Below are positions 10,327 to 25,361 of a stretch of DNA of 64,000 bases, piece by piece; positions within the stretch are counted from its first letter, which is position 1; each line of letters starts with the position of its first letter. Source of the stretch: Eledone cirrhosa. Its lineage: Eukaryota. The DNA is taken from the NCBI GenBank assembly GCA_964016885.1, contig OZ024764.1, positions 24,676,001 through 24,740,000 on the forward strand. Direction: 5' to 3'. A model generated the notes under the pieces. The model ran no database searches. It was not told the DNA's origin and saw only the letters and a program-made list of their open reading frames with translations. The position numbers and the translations under genes are program-made.

Positions 10327-13300
10327 GTCTCTCTCTCTCTATCTGTCTGTCTCTCTCTGTCTCTCTGTCTGTCTGTCTGTCTCTCTGTCTGTCTCTCTCT
10401 CTGTCTGTCTCTCTGTCTCTCTGTCTGTCTGTCTGTCTCTCTGTCTGTCTGTCTGTCTCTCTGTCTGTCTCTCTGTCTGTCTGTCTCTCTGTCTGTCTCT
10501 CTCTCTGTCTGTCTCTCTCTCTGTCTGTCTCTCTCTCTCTGTCTGTCTCTCTGTCTCTCTGTCTGTCTCTCTGTCTCTCTGTCTGTCTCTGTCTGTCTCT
10601 CTGTCTGTCTGTCTCTCTCTCTGTCTGTCTCTCTGTCTGTCTGCCTGTCTGTCTGTCTGTCTGTCTGTCTCTCTGTCTGTCTCTCTGTCTGTCTCTCTCT
10701 CTGTCTGTCTCTCTGTCCGTCTCTCTGTCTGTCTGTCTGTCTGTCTCTCTACATCTGTCTCTCTAAATCTGTCTCTCTACATCTGTCTCTCTACATGTGT
10801 GTCTCTACATCTGTCTCTCTACATCTGTGTCTCTACATCTGTCTCTCTACATCTGTCTCTCTACAACTGTCTCTCTACATCTGTGTCTCTACATCTGTCT
10901 CTCTACATCTGTCTCTACATCTGTGTCTCTACAACTGTCTCACTATATCTGTCTCTCTACATCTGTCTCTCTACATCTGTCTCTACATCTGTCTCTACAT
11001 CTGTCTCTCTACATCTGTATCTACATCTGTCTCTCTACATCTGTCTCTCTACAACTGTCTCTCTACATCTGTCTCTCTACATCTGTCTCTCTACATCTGT
11101 CTCTCTACAACTGTGTCTCTACATCTGTCTCTCTACAACTGTCTCTCTACATCTGTCTCTCTACATCTGTCTCTCTACATCTGTCTCTTTACATCTGTCT
11201 CTCTACATCTGTCTCTCTACATCTGTCTCTCTACATCTGTCTCTACATCTGTCTCTCTACAACTGTGTCTCTCTACATCTGTCTCTCTACAACTGTGTCT
11301 CTCTACATCTGTCTCTCTACAATTGTGTCTCTACATCTATCTCTCTACAACTGTGTCTCTACATCTGTCTCTCTACATCTGTCTCTCTACATCTGTCTCT
11401 CTACATCTGTCTCTACATCTGTCTCTCTACATCTGTCTCTCTACAACTGTGTCTCTACATCTGTCTCTCTACATCTGTCTCTCTACATCTGTCTCTCTAC
11501 ATCTGTCTCTCTACATCTGTCTCTCTACAACTGTCTCTCTACAACTGTCTCTCTACATCTGTCCCTCTACAACTGTCTCTCTACATCTGTCTCTCTACAT
11601 CTGTCTCTCTACATCTGTCTCTCTACATCTGTCTCTCTACAACTGTCTCTCTACATCTGTCCCTCTACATCTGTCTCTCTACATCTGTCTCTCTACATCT
11701 GTCTCTACATCTGTCTCTCTACATCGGTCTCTCTACATCTGTCTCTACATCTGTCTCTCTACATCTGTCTCTCTACAACTATGTCTCTACATCTGTCTCT
11801 CTACATCTGTCTCTCTACAACTGTGTCTCTACATCTGTCTCTCTACAACTGTCTCTCTACAACTGTCTCTCTACATCTGTCCCTCTACATCTGTCTCTCT
11901 ACATCTGTCTCTCTACATCTGTCTCTACATCTGTCTCTCTACATCGGTCTCTCTACATCTGTCTCTACATCTGTCTCTCTACATCTGTCTCTCTACAACT
12001 ATGTCTCTACATCTGTCTCTCTACATCTGTCTCTCTACAACTGTGTCTCTACATCTGTCTCTCTACAACTGTCTCTCTACATCTGTCTCTCTACATCTGT
12101 CTCTCTACATCTGTCTCTCTACATCTGTCTCTCTACATCTGTCTCTTTACATCTGTCTCTACATCTGTCTCTACATCTGTCTCTACATCTGTCTCTCTAC
12201 ATCTGTCTCTCTACATCTGTCTCTACATCTGTCTCTTTACATCTGTCTCTCTACATATGTCTCTCTACACCTGTCTCTCTACATGTGTGTCTCTACATCT
12301 GTCTCTCTACAACTGTCTCTCTACATCTGTGTCTCTACAACTGTCTCTCTACATCTGTCTCTCTACATCTGTCTCTCTACATCTGTCTCTACATCTATCT
12401 CTCTACATCTGTCTCTACATCTGTCTCTCTACATCTGTCTCTCTACAACTGTCTCTCTACATCTGTCTCTCTACATCTGTCTCTCTACAACTGTGTCTCT
12501 ACATCTGTCTCTCTACATCTGTCGCTCTACATATGTCTCTCTACATCTGTCTCTCTACATCTGTCTCTTTACATCTGTCTCTCTACATCTGTCTCTCTAC
12601 ATCTGTCTCTACATCTGTCTCTCTACATCTGTCTCTCTACATCTGTCTCTACATCTGTCTCTCTACAACTGTGTCTCTCTACATCTGTCTCTCTACAATT
12701 GTGTCTCTACATCTGTCTCTCTACAACTGTGTCTCTACATCTGTCTCTCTACATATGTCTCTCTACATCTGTCTCTCTACATCTGTCTCTACATCTGTCT
12801 CTCTACATCTGTCTCTCTACGTCTGTCTCTACATCTGTCTCTCTACATCTGTCTCTCTACAACTGTGTCTCTACATCTGTCTCTCTACATCTGTCTCTCT
12901 ACATCTGTCTCTCTACATCTGTCTCTCTACATCTGTCTCTCTACAACTGTCTCTCTACATCTGTCCCTCTACATCTGTCCCTCTACAACTGTCTCTCTAC
13001 ATCTGTCTCTCTACATCTGTCTCTCTACATCTGTCTCTCTACATCTGTCTCTCTACATCTGTCTCTCTACATCTGTCTCTCTACAACTGTCTCTCTACAT
13101 CTGTGTCTCTACAACTGTCTCTCTACATCTGTCTCTCTACATCTGTCTCTCTACATCTGTCTCTCTACATCTGTCTCTCTACATCTGTCTCTACATCTGT
13201 CTCTCTACAACTGTGTCTCTCTACATCTGTCTCTCTACAACTGTGTCTCTCTACATCTGTCTCTCTACAATTGTGTCTCTACATCTGTCTCTCTACAACT

Positions 13301-13665
13301 GTGTTTCTACATCTGTCTCTCTACATCTGTCTCTTTACATCTGTCTCTCTACATCTGTCTCTCTACATCTGTCTCTACATCTGTCTCTCCACATCTGTCT
13401 CTCTACAACTGTGTCTCTACATCTGTCTCTCTACATCTGTCTCTCTACATCTGTCTCTCTACAACTGTCTCTCTACATCTGTCCCTCTACATCTGTCCCT
13501 CTACAACTGTCTCTCTACATCTGTGTCTCTACATCTGTCTCTCTACATCTGTCTCTCTACATCTGTCCCTCTACAACTGTCTCTCTACATCCGTGTCTCT
13601 ACAACTGTCTCTCTACATCTGTCCCTCTACATCTGTCTCTCTACATCCGTGTCTCTACATCTGTG
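10243..13665. repeat. (CT)n grading to (CTGT)n and then a 12/14-bp CTACATCTGTCTCT minisatellite
   Basis: Read directly; explains the three ~1000-aa pseudo-ORFs. Confidence 0.95.
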
Positions 13666-14010
13666 CCTACAATACTACCACAAAAGAGTGGCAATGGTTG
13701 ACCTGTTTACACCATTGCCACTATAGTAAAATAGGTCACCTAGACCAAAACACCCCTATTTTCTAGGTATATACAGTTATTATAGTTGGTTGTTAAAAAC
13801 AACCCTAACCAACTGACCTGATTCCAGGACAACTCAATAGACAATCTAACCAATGAGAGGAAGGTAAATTCTACGGATACATGAATACGTTCATTCTAAA
13901 TTATATGCCAGCTTTGAGAAAACACCATACTTCGGAACAGGGCAGATCAAAAGATCGAAATAACAAAGGTAAACTTTGTTCCATCATTATGTTTTTCTGT
14001 TCAAGTTCTA

Positions 14011-14069
14011 GCTGTCTGATGAGGTCATAGCTGTTGAATAATGGTTATCACCGAAATATATCTAACAGT
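14011..14069 (+). ncRNA. Type-I hammerhead ribozyme motif (degenerate), family H1
   Basis: GCTGT-CTGATGA-GGTCATAGC...GTTATCACC-GAAA-TATATC-TA-ACAGT; stems II and III are imperfect. Confidence 0.55.
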
Positions 14070-14099
14070 GGATATAATTGTATTAATATATATATATAT

Positions 14100-14666
14100 A
14101 TCATCATAATCATCATCATCATCACCGTTTTACGTCCGTTCTTCCACGCTAGCATGGGTTAGACGGGTTGTCCTGTTGAGGGCAGTGTCCGGGCGGCTGA
14201 CCATGCCTTGCTCATACGGGAACTAATTCTGGCTTGATTTCTACAGCTGGATGCCCTTCCTAACACCAACCTCATTTACAGTGAGTGCTGGGTGCTTTTT
14301 TTCCACGGTGCCTACACGACCACTTTGCAGTGGGAGGGGATGGGGGCATATTGTCTATATGCTTCAGCTTCGGCTTGTACCCGTGGGGGATCGGGTCTTC
14401 TGTATTACTGCGTGACGCCAGAGTTCACGGTCGTTTGTCATTGAGAGGTGTAAAAAGGTAAGGTCGGCTTTTATCACCTCATCCCAGGTCTTCTTGGGTC
14501 TCCCCACTCCACGGCTTCCATCGACTTCTAGTGCTCTGCACCTTTTTATGCAGCTGTCATCCTTCATACACATCACATGTCCATACCAACGCAACCTCCT
14601 CTCCTGCACACAGCATTTGATTCCTCTTATGCTCAGTCTCTCTCTCAATTCATTTATGCTTTGCCT
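14100..14666 (-). mobile_element. RTE-clade LINE 3' fragment (family A)
   Basis: RRLRWYGHV...GRPKKTWDEVIKADL, then a 3' UTR and (TGA)n tail; the truncated 5' end abuts (TA)n. Confidence 0.9.
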
Positions 14667-14934
14667 ATATATATATAAAATGTGGGTAATATTAAATATT
14701 ATCCAATTACAAGTATGAGGGTAGCTCAAAATAAAATAACAAATATAATACAGAGCCAAAATACTTTATAAATAACAGTCAAAGTGTGTTTAAGAACATT
14801 TAATTACTAACGATCGTTTCATCGAAGCACAAGGCCGGTATCGTTGGAGTATAAATCAAAGGTTAAAACAGATAACCTTGTCAAAGAACATTCTGGGATA
14901 CCTCATATGGGAAAAAATAACCGATATTAACATT

Positions 14935-15722
14935 GATAAACGTATATGCACCATAGTATGAGACCCAACTAAACGGGAACAAAGACTAAATGAACTAAAA
15001 AACACACTTACTTGAAGAGCCTTCCCACTTGACATAATTAATAACAGAATAGACAGAGCAAAACACGCAAATTATCATCAACCCAACAACCCAAATCACA
15101 GAACCACAAACAAAACCTTACCATATGTATCTATGTTCAACCCCAACAACACCGAGATGTTCAACATCCTACACAAAAACCTCCCCATTCTATTTAAAGA
15201 TGAAAAAATGAAAAAAATCCTAGAAACACACAAGATCATTAAAAGTAAAAGGCAACCCAAATCACTAAAACACATTCTCACTAGAACAATGATACACAAA
15301 CCAATCTCCAATCATACCGTAACAAAATACGGAAGAACAAACTGTGGTACATGTCTATACTTAATGGAAGGACAAACATTCACATTTAAAGATGGCCAAA
15401 CTTTCACAGTGAAAAACATCTTCACTTGCAACTCAGAGAACCTGATCTACGTAATCACATGTGATGGCTGTCGACATAACTACATAGGACAGACGGGTGT
15501 GTCATTACGCAAAAGAGTGACCATCCATCGCCAACAAATCGTAAGCACAAGAAAAATCCCCTTAAGTAGCCACATTGCAGCCATCTGTGTCTCTACATCT
15601 ACCCTACCCAACTTTAAAATCTTCCCCCTTTATTTACAAGTACTCCGATTCTTTCACACAACAACAAAGAATAAATAAAGAAAAATTATTTATCAACAAA
15701 TTTAAACCAAAATTAAATATGT
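14935..15722 (+). mobile_element. Penelope-like element remnant: RT thumb/linker plus GIY-YIG endonuclease
   Basis: RICTIV...RLNELK, then ORF 15133..15678 with RQPKSLKHILT, CGTC and NLIYVITCDGCRHNYIGQTG..LRKR...H (GIY-YIG signature); contains stops and frameshifts. Confidence 0.85.
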
Positions 15723-16056
15723 AATCACCGCCATTAGATCCTCTCCCCCACCAACACCACACCACCAAATAAGAGAGAAAAAATTGCTCATTCCCATATT
15801 TTCCAAAACTTCCTGATTGAAAGCCACCACTGATACTCTGCTCTGTCTTTTTTAATTCCCACCACAAAGGGACCTGTGACAGACAGGCTGAAGCACCCCC
15901 CCCCCCACACACACATGTGGGTGTATTTTTATATATACACTCTCACACTATACACACACTCCCTAAAACCATATTCCAAAAATAGAATTTCTTTTACAAC
16001 CCCACTGTTGCCATAGAATTTGTCTCTAGCTTACAACCCCCCCCCCTGTACTCTCT

Positions 16057-16842
16057 ACCAGCCCCCCCCCCCCCCCCCCCCGAACTCTCCTCCAGTCCCC
16101 CCCATCCTGAACTCTCCACTAGTCCCCCCCTGAACTCTCCACCAGTCCCCCCCGAACTCTCCCCCAGTCCCCCCCGAACTCCCCCCCCACGAACTCTCCC
16201 CCAGTCCCCCCCTAACTCTCCACCAGCCCCCCCCCCCCCCCCGAACTCTCCACCAGCTCCCCCCCCCCCCCTGAACTCTCCACCAGTCCCCCCCTGAACT
16301 CTCCACCAGTCCCCCACCCCACCCTGAACTCTCCACCAGTCCCCCACCCCACCCTGAACTCTCCACCAGTCCCCCCCTGAACTCTCCACCCGTCCCCCAC
16401 CCTGAACTCTCCACCAGCCCCCCCCCACCCTGAACTCTCCCCCCTCGAACTCTCCACCAGTCCGTCCCCCCGAACTGTCCACCAGTCCCCCCCCCCCCCC
16501 GAACTCTCCACCAGTCCCCCCCTGAACTCCCCCCCCCCCCCTGAACTCTCCACCAGTCCCCCCCTGAACTCTCCACCAGTCCCCCACCCCACCTGAACTC
16601 TCCACCAGTCCCCCACCCCACCCTGAACTCTCCACCAGTCCCCCCCTGAACTCTCCACCAGTCCCCCCCCCTGAACTCTCCACCAGCCCCCCCCCATCCT
16701 GAACTCTCCCCCCTCGAACTCTCCACCAGTCCGTCCCCCCGAACTGTCCACCAGTCCCCCCCCGAACTCTCCACCAGTCCCCCCCCCTGAACTCCCCCCC
16801 CCCTGAACTCTCCACCAGTCCCCCCCTGAACTCCACCAGTCC
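16057..16842. repeat. C-rich ~22-28-bp minisatellite (CCCCCTGAACTCTCCACCAGT)
   Basis: Read directly; the C-tracts vary in length. Confidence 0.92.
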
Positions 16843-16922
16843 ATTAACAATCAGATACACATATTTACACAATATTTCCTTTGTCCCTCAACAAATCAAT
16901 TTTGCTCTGTGAAGAAACACAC

Positions 16923-17450
16923 CTACCACCACACTACTACCACCACCACCACCACTACTACTACTACCACCACTACTACTACCACCACCACCACTGCTAC
17001 TACTACCACTACTACCACCACCACCACTGCTACTACTACCACTACTACCACCACCACCACTGCTACTACTACCACTACTACCACCACCACTGCTACTACC
17101 ACCACCACTACCACCACCACCACTACTACTACTACTACTACCACTACTACCACCACCACTGCTACTACCACCACCACCACTGCTACTACCACCACCACCA
17201 CCACTACTACTACCACCACTACCACTACCACCACTGCTGCTACTACCACCACTACTACCACCACCACTGCTACTACCACCACCACTACTACTACCACCAC
17301 CACTGCTACTACTACCACTACTACCACCACCACTGCTGCTACCACCACCACTACCACTACCACCACTGCTGCTACTACCACTACTACCACCACCACTGCT
17401 ACTACCACCACTACTACCACTACCACCACCACTGCTACTACCACCACTAC
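16923..17450. repeat. (CAC/TAC/TGC)n microsatellite
   Basis: Read directly. Confidence 0.95.
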
Positions 17451-17554
17451 ACCTCTCTCTATACAATCTCCTCAACAAGGAAGATGGAAAAAACTTACCT
17501 AAAAACTTAATTTTTAATTCTTGTTGATAAAATGGATTTTACATTGAAACCAGT

Positions 17555-18705
17555 TATACATTATATACTTTATATACTTTATATAAATTATATACTTTAT
17601 ATACATTATATACTTTATATACTTTATATACTTTATATACTTTATATACATTATATAATTTATATACATTATATACTTTATATACTTTATATAAATTATA
17701 TACTTTATATACTTTATATACTTTATATACTTTATATACATTATATACTTTATATACTTTATATACTTTATATACTTTATATACTTTATATACTTTATAT
17801 ACTTTATATACATTATATAATTTATATACATTATATACTTTATATACTTTATATAAATTATATACTTTATATACATTATATACTTTATATACTTTATATA
17901 CTTTATATACTTTATATACATTATATACTTTATATACTTTATATACTTTATATACATTATATACTTTATATACTTTATATACTTTATATACATTATATAC
18001 TTTATATACTTTATATACTTTATATACATTATATACTTTATATACTTTATATACATTATATACTTTATATACATTATATACTTTATATACTTTATATAAA
18101 TTATATACTTTATATACATTATATACTTTATATACTTTATATAAATTATATATATTATATACATTATATACTTTATATACTTAATATACTTTATATACTT
18201 TATATACATTATATACTTTATATACTTTATATACTTTATATAAATTATATACTTTATATAAATTATATACATTATATACTTTATATACTTTATATACATT
18301 ATATACTTTATATACTTTATATACATTATATACTTTATATACTTTATATACATTATATACTTTATATACTTTATATACTTTATATACATTATATACTTTA
18401 TATACTTTATATACATTATATACTTTATATACTTTATATACATTATATACTTTATATACTTTATATACATTATATACATTATATACTTTATATACTTTAT
18501 ATACATTATATACTTTATATACATTATATACTTTATATACATTATATAAATTATATACTTTATATACATTATATACTTTACTTTATATACTTTATATACA
18601 TTATATACTTTATATACATTATATACTTTATATACTTTATATACTTTATATACTTTATTACTTTATATATATTATATATATTATATACTTTATATACATT
18701 ATATA
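17555..18705. repeat. 9-bp satellite TATATAC(T/A)T
   Basis: Read directly. Related arrays lie at 20338-21495, 21696-22740 and 24477-25235. Confidence 0.95.
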
Positions 18706-18706
18706 T

Positions 18707-19060
18707 ATTGCCTTTCATCCTTACGGGGTCGATAAAATAAAACACCAGTAATACACTGGGTAATTGCTGGCCTTGTGCCAAAATTAGAAACAATTATATA
18801 TATTATATATATTATATACTTTATATACTTTATATACATTATATATATTATATATATTATATACTTTACTATGGCGGTGGATTGGTAGTATCAGTAGAGG
18901 GTCGGACGCTATGCTTTCCAGCATAATTACGTCCCTTTACGATCTGAGCTCAAATCCCGCCGAGGTTGACTTTGCCTTTCATCCTTACGGGGTCGATAAA
19001 ATAAAGTACCAGTAATGCACTGGGTATTTGCTGGCCTTGTGCCTAAAGTAGAAACAATTA
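18707..19060 (+). mobile_element. SINE family 2: 3' fragment (18707-18795) plus full copy (18872-19060)
   Basis: Near-identical to 9186-9375. Confidence 0.85.
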
Positions 19061-19069
19061 TATACTTTA

Positions 19070-20247
19070 CTAGCATTAAAGCCCGGCATTGCTCGGGGTC
19101 ATTAAGTTACCAAAGTTAGGTTGCACCACCCATTTTATGGCAGCACTTTTTTGTCTGCCAGGCACTGGGTCAATGAATTGCAGACCTGGACTGCCGAAGC
19201 AGGAGCTGCGCCAGCAGTGACAATTGTAGTTTCGCCTATGGATATTATCTCTGTGCAAAGAAGTGTTGAAATTTATTGTTTCACAGTACTTGCGCAACAC
19301 ATGCATAGATGATGCCAACTGAACAACAGAGCTGCGATGGAGTTGTTCTGCATGGTTGTCTAATGTGTGTTTTCTAGATTTAAGACAGTAGGGAGTGGTG
19401 TGATATGGGGGGAGAGTTAGCTGCTGTTTCTAGCAGGTTTAGTGACCACATAGAGGATATTATTGTGTATAGTAAATGAACTGATATTTCTTTCTTCCAC
19501 GTTCGTTGATAGATGTTTTAAAAAAGATTTATCGCTATTTTTTTTTGTTGTTGAATAAATTTATCTGTTGCTTTTGAATATGGGGAGAGTTAGCTGCTGT
19601 TTCTAGCAGGTTTAGTGACTTCATAGAGGATAGGTTTTCTAAATTTAAGACAGTGGGGAGTGGTGTGATATGGGGGAGAGTTAGCTGCTGTTTCTAGCAG
19701 GTTTAGTGACCTCATAGAGGATATTATTGTGTATAGTAAATGAACTGATACTTCTTTCTTCCACGTTCGTTGATACATGTTTTAAAAAAGATTTGTTGTT
19801 GAATAAATTTATATGTTGCTTTTGAATAATTGTTGTTTCCTATGAAATGTAATAAGTTCTCTTTGTCATTGAAGTAAATAAATGTTTGACCGTTCCACAC
19901 TAAAAAACAAACGTTCTCTCTCTCTCTCTCCCTCTCACTCTCTCTCCCTCTCCCTCTCTCTCCCTCTCACTCTCTCTCTCTCAAATTTGTAAGTTTAATC
20001 ATCATCATTATTCGATAAAACTACATACATGCAACTTTCTCTGATGAAGGGGAGTAGATAGAGAAACTCTGATTGTATTAGAGGGGTAAAGCGCCATGCA
20101 TTTAGTTTTATCGATTATTTCCGTAATTGTGGGTGAGTTTGAATGAAATAAATAGTCGTTGACCCAGTTTTACCATTTACAACACTCTTACAGACTTTGA
20201 GTCGAATTGGTTTGAATTGTGAAAATGTATAAACATGGAACACGCAC

Positions 20248-20291
<44 letters not shown>

Positions 20292-20338
20292 ACACACAGA
20301 CACACACACACACACAATCTGCCTTTTATAGATAATGA
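19070..20338 (-). mobile_element. Non-autonomous Helitron-like element
   Basis: The minus strand starts TC..TCTATAAAAGGCAGATTGTGTG and ends with hairpin CCCGAGCAATGCCGGG plus CTAG; it has internal tandem duplications and (CT)n/(CA)n. Confidence 0.65.
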
Positions 20339-21495
20339 TATATATTATATACATTATATATATTATATACATTATATATATTATATATATTATATACATT
20401 ATATATATTATATATATTATATACATTATATATATTATATATATTATATATATTATATACATTATATACATTATATATATTATATATATTATATATATTA
20501 TATACATTATATATATTATATATATTATATACATTATATATATTATATATATTATATACATTATATACATTATATACATTATATATATTATATATATTAT
20601 ATATATTATATACATTATATATATTATATACATTATATATATTATATACATTTTATATATTATATATATTATATACATTATATATATTATATACATTATA
20701 TATATTATATACATTATATATATTATATACATTTTATATATTATATATATTATATACATTATATATATTATATATATTATATATTATATACATTATATAC
20801 ATTATATATATTATATATATTATATACATTATATACATTATATATATTATATATATTATATACATTATATATATTATATACATTAAACATATTATATACA
20901 TTATATATATTATATATATTATATACATTATATATATTATATACATTATATATATTATATATATTATATATATTATATATATTATATACATTATATATTA
21001 TATACATTATATATATTATATATATTATATACATTATATATATTATATACATTATATATATTATATACATTATATATATTATATACATTATATATATTAT
21101 ATATATTATATACATTATATATATTATATATATTATATATATTATATACATTATATATATTATATATATTATATACATTATATATATTATATATATTATA
21201 TATATTATATATATTATATATATTATATATATTATATACATTATATACATTATATATATTATATACATTATATATATTATATACATTATATATATTATAT
21301 ATATTATATACATTATATATATTATATATATTATATACATTATATATATTATATACATTATATACATTATATACATTATATATATTATATACATTATACA
21401 TATTATATACATTATATACATTATATATATTATATACATTATATATATTATATATATTAATATACATTATATATATAATATATATAATTATATAC

Positions 21496-21695
21496 NNNNN
21501 NNNNNNNNNNNNNNNNNNNNNNNNNNNNNNNNNNNNNNNNNNNNNNNNNNNNNNNNNNNNNNNNNNNNNNNNNNNNNNNNNNNNNNNNNNNNNNNNNNNN
21601 NNNNNNNNNNNNNNNNNNNNNNNNNNNNNNNNNNNNNNNNNNNNNNNNNNNNNNNNNNNNNNNNNNNNNNNNNNNNNNNNNNNNNNNNNNNNNNN
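21496..21695. other. Assembly gap (200 N)
   Basis: Run of N. Confidence 1.
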
Positions 21696-22744
21696 TAAAT
21701 TATATAACTTTAATATATACTTTATATACTTTATATACTTTATATACATTATATATACTTTATATACTTTATATACATTATATACTATTATATACTTTAT
21801 ATACTTTATATAACATTATATACTTTATATACTTTATATACATTATATATACATTATATACTTTATATACTTTATATAAATTATATACTTTTATATACAT
21901 TATATACTTTATATACATTATATACTTTATATACTTTATATAATTTATATACTTATATACATTATATACTTTATATACTTTATATACATTATATACTTTA
22001 TATACTTTATATACTTTATATACATTATATACTTTATATACTTTATATACTTTATATACATTATAATACTTTATATACTTATATACATTATATACTTTAT
22101 ATACATTATATACTTATATAAATTATATACTTATATACATTATATACTTTATATACTTTATATATATTATATATATTATATACATTATATACTTTATATA
22201 CTTAAATATACTTTATATACTTTATATACTTTATATACATTATATACTTTATATACTTTATATACTTTATATAAATTATATACTTTATATAAATTATATA
22301 CATTATATACTTTATATACTTTATATACATTATATACTTTATATACTTTATATACATTATATACTTTATATACTTTATATACATTATATACTTTATATAC
22401 TTTATATACATTATATACTTTATATACTTTATATACATTATATACTTTATATACATTATATACTTTATATACGTTATATACATTATATACTTATATACTT
22501 TATATACTTTATATACATTATATACTTTATATACATTATATACTTTATATACATTATATATAAATTATATACTTTATATTACATTATATACTTTACTTTA
22601 TATACTTTATATACTTTATATACATTATATACATTATATACTTTTTATACATTATATACTTTATATACTTTATATACTTTATATACTTATTACTTTATAT
22701 ATATATTATATATATTATATACTTTATAGTACATGTATATATAT

Positions 22745-24279
22745 TGCCTTTCATCCTTACGGGGTCGATAAAATAAAACACCAGTAATACACTGGGTAAT
22801 TGCTGGCCTTGTGCCAAAATTAGAAACAATTATATATATTATATATATTATATACTTTATATACTTTATATACATTATATATATTATATATATTATATAC
22901 TTTACTATGGCGGTGGATTGGCAGTATCAGTAGAGGGTCGGACGCTATGCTTTCCAGCATAATTACGTCCCTTTACGATCTGAGCTCAAATCCCGCCGAG
23001 GTTGACTTTGCCTTTCATCCTTACGGGGTCGATAAAATAAGTACCAGTAATGCACTGGGTATTTGCTGGCCTTGTGCCTAAAGTAGAAACAATTATATAC
23101 TTTACTAGCATTAAAGCCCGGCGTTGCTCGGGGTCATTAAGTTACCAAAGTTAGGTTGCACCACCCATTTTATGGCAGCACTTTTTTGTCTGCCAGGCAC
23201 TGGGTCAATGAATTGCAGACCTGGACTGCCGAAGCAGGAGCTGCGCCAGCAGTGACAATTGTAGTTTCGCCTATGGATATTATCTCTGTGCAAAGAAGTG
23301 TTGAAATTTATTGTTTCACAGTACTTGCGCAACACATGCGTAGATGATGCCAACTGAACAACAGAGCTGCGATGGAGTTGTTCTGCATGGTTGTCTAATG
23401 TGTGTTTTCTAGATTTAAGACAGTAGGGAGTGGTGTGATATGGGGGGAGAGTTAGCTGCTGTTTCTAGCAGGTTTAGTGACCACATAGAGGATATTATTG
23501 TGTATAGTAAATGAACTGATATTTCTTTCTTCCACGTTCGTTGATACATGTTTTAAAAAAGATTTATCGCTATTTTTTTTTGTTGTTGAATAAATTTATC
23601 TGTTGCTTTTGAATATGGGGGAGAGTTAGCTGCTGTTTCTAGCAGGTTTAGTGACTTCATAGAGGATAGGTTTTCTAAATTTAAGACAGTGGGGAGTGGT
23701 GTGATATGGGGGAGAGTTAGCTGCTGTTTCTAGCAGGTTTAGTGACCTCAGAGAGGATATTATTGTGTATAGTAAATGAACTGATACTTCTTTCTTCCAC
23801 GTTCGTTGATAGATGTTTTAAAAAAGATTTGTTGTTGAATAAATTTATATGTTGCTTTTGAATAATTGTTGTTTCGTATGAAATGTAATAAGTTCTCTTT
23901 GTCATTGAAGTAAATAAATGTTTGACCGTTCCACACTAAAAAACAAACGTTCTCTCTCTCTCCCTCTCACTCTCTCTCCCTCTCCCTCTCTCTCCCTCTC
24001 ACTCTCTCTCTCTCAAATTTGTAAGTTTAATCATCATCATTATTCGATAAAACTACATACATGCAACTTTCTCTGATGAAGGGGAGTAGATAGAGAAACT
24101 CTGATTGTATTAGAGGGGTAAAGCGCCATGCATTTAGTTTTATCGATTATTTCCGTAATTGTGGGTGAGTTTGAATGAAATAAATAGTCGTTGACCCAGT
24201 TTTACCATTTACAACACTCTTACAGACTTTGAGTCGAATTGGTTTGAATTGTGAAAATGTATAAACATGGAACACGCAC

Positions 24280-24323
<44 letters not shown>

Positions 24324-24342
24324 TGCCTTTTATAGATAATGA
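22745..24342. repeat. Second copy of the SINE + Helitron-like block (duplicate of 18707-20338)
   Basis: Near-identical sequence at an offset of ~4035 bp, with scattered substitutions. Confidence 0.95.
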
Positions 24343-24364
24343 TATATATTATATACATTATATT

Positions 24365-24477
24365 AGTTCAAATCCCGCCGAGGTTGACTTTGCCTTTCAT
24401 CCTTACGGGGTCGATAAAATAAAGTACCAGTAATGCACTGGGTAATTGCTGGCCTTGTGCCAAAAGTAGAAACAATT
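24365..24477 (+). mobile_element. SINE family 2, 5'-truncated copy
   Basis: Starts at AGTTCAAATCCCGCCGAGG and ends AGAAACAATTAT. Confidence 0.85.
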
Positions 24478-25361
24478 ATATACATTATATACATTATATA
24501 TATTATATATATTATATATATTATATATATTATATACATTATATACATTATATACATTATATATATTATATACATTATATATATTATATATATTATATAC
24601 ATTATACATATTATATATATTATATATATTATATACATTATATACATTATATATATTATATATATTATATACATTATATACATTATATATATTATATATA
24701 TTATATATATTATATATATTATATACATTATATATATTATATACATTATATACATTATATATATTATATACATTATATATATTATATATATTATATACAT
24801 TATATATATTATATATATTATATATATTATATACATTATATATATTATATATATTATATATATTATATACATTATATATATTATATATATTATATATATT
24901 ATATACATTATATATATTATATACATTATATACATTATATACATTATATATATTATATACATTATATATATTATATATATTATATACATTATATATATTA
25001 TATATATTATATATATTATATACATTATATACATTATATACATTATATATATTATATACATTTTATATATTATATATATTATATACATTATATACATTAT
25101 ATACATTTTATATATTTTATATATTATATACATTATATACATTATATATATTATATACATTATACATATTATATACATTATATACATTATATACATTATA
25201 TATTTTATATATATTATATATATATATATATATAATTTCAAGTTCGCATGTCATCCGTGAACTATGAACTTTTAAACAAGACCAACTGTGCCTGGAGCTA
25301 TGCAGATGACTACATACGCATAATGGATATCGCGCCCACACGGTCACCAGTACTGTTCATC

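Noticed and set aside
10195-13766. Three ~1000-aa ORFs
   Set aside because: All three plus-strand frames are open across a CT-rich satellite, which marks them as artefacts.
14805-14850. GAAAC-GATC-GTT on the minus strand as a hammerhead
   Set aside because: Only the 3' half is present and no CTGANGA-like segment was found, so it was not counted.
20041-20090. CTGATGA...GAAA as a hammerhead (duplicate at ~24073)
   Set aside because: No credible stem II can be formed between the core segments.
17514-25260. Tyr/Ile/Lys-rich ORFs
   Set aside because: They are translations of 9-bp and (TA)n satellites; the same applies to all Y/I-rich ORFs elsewhere in the window.
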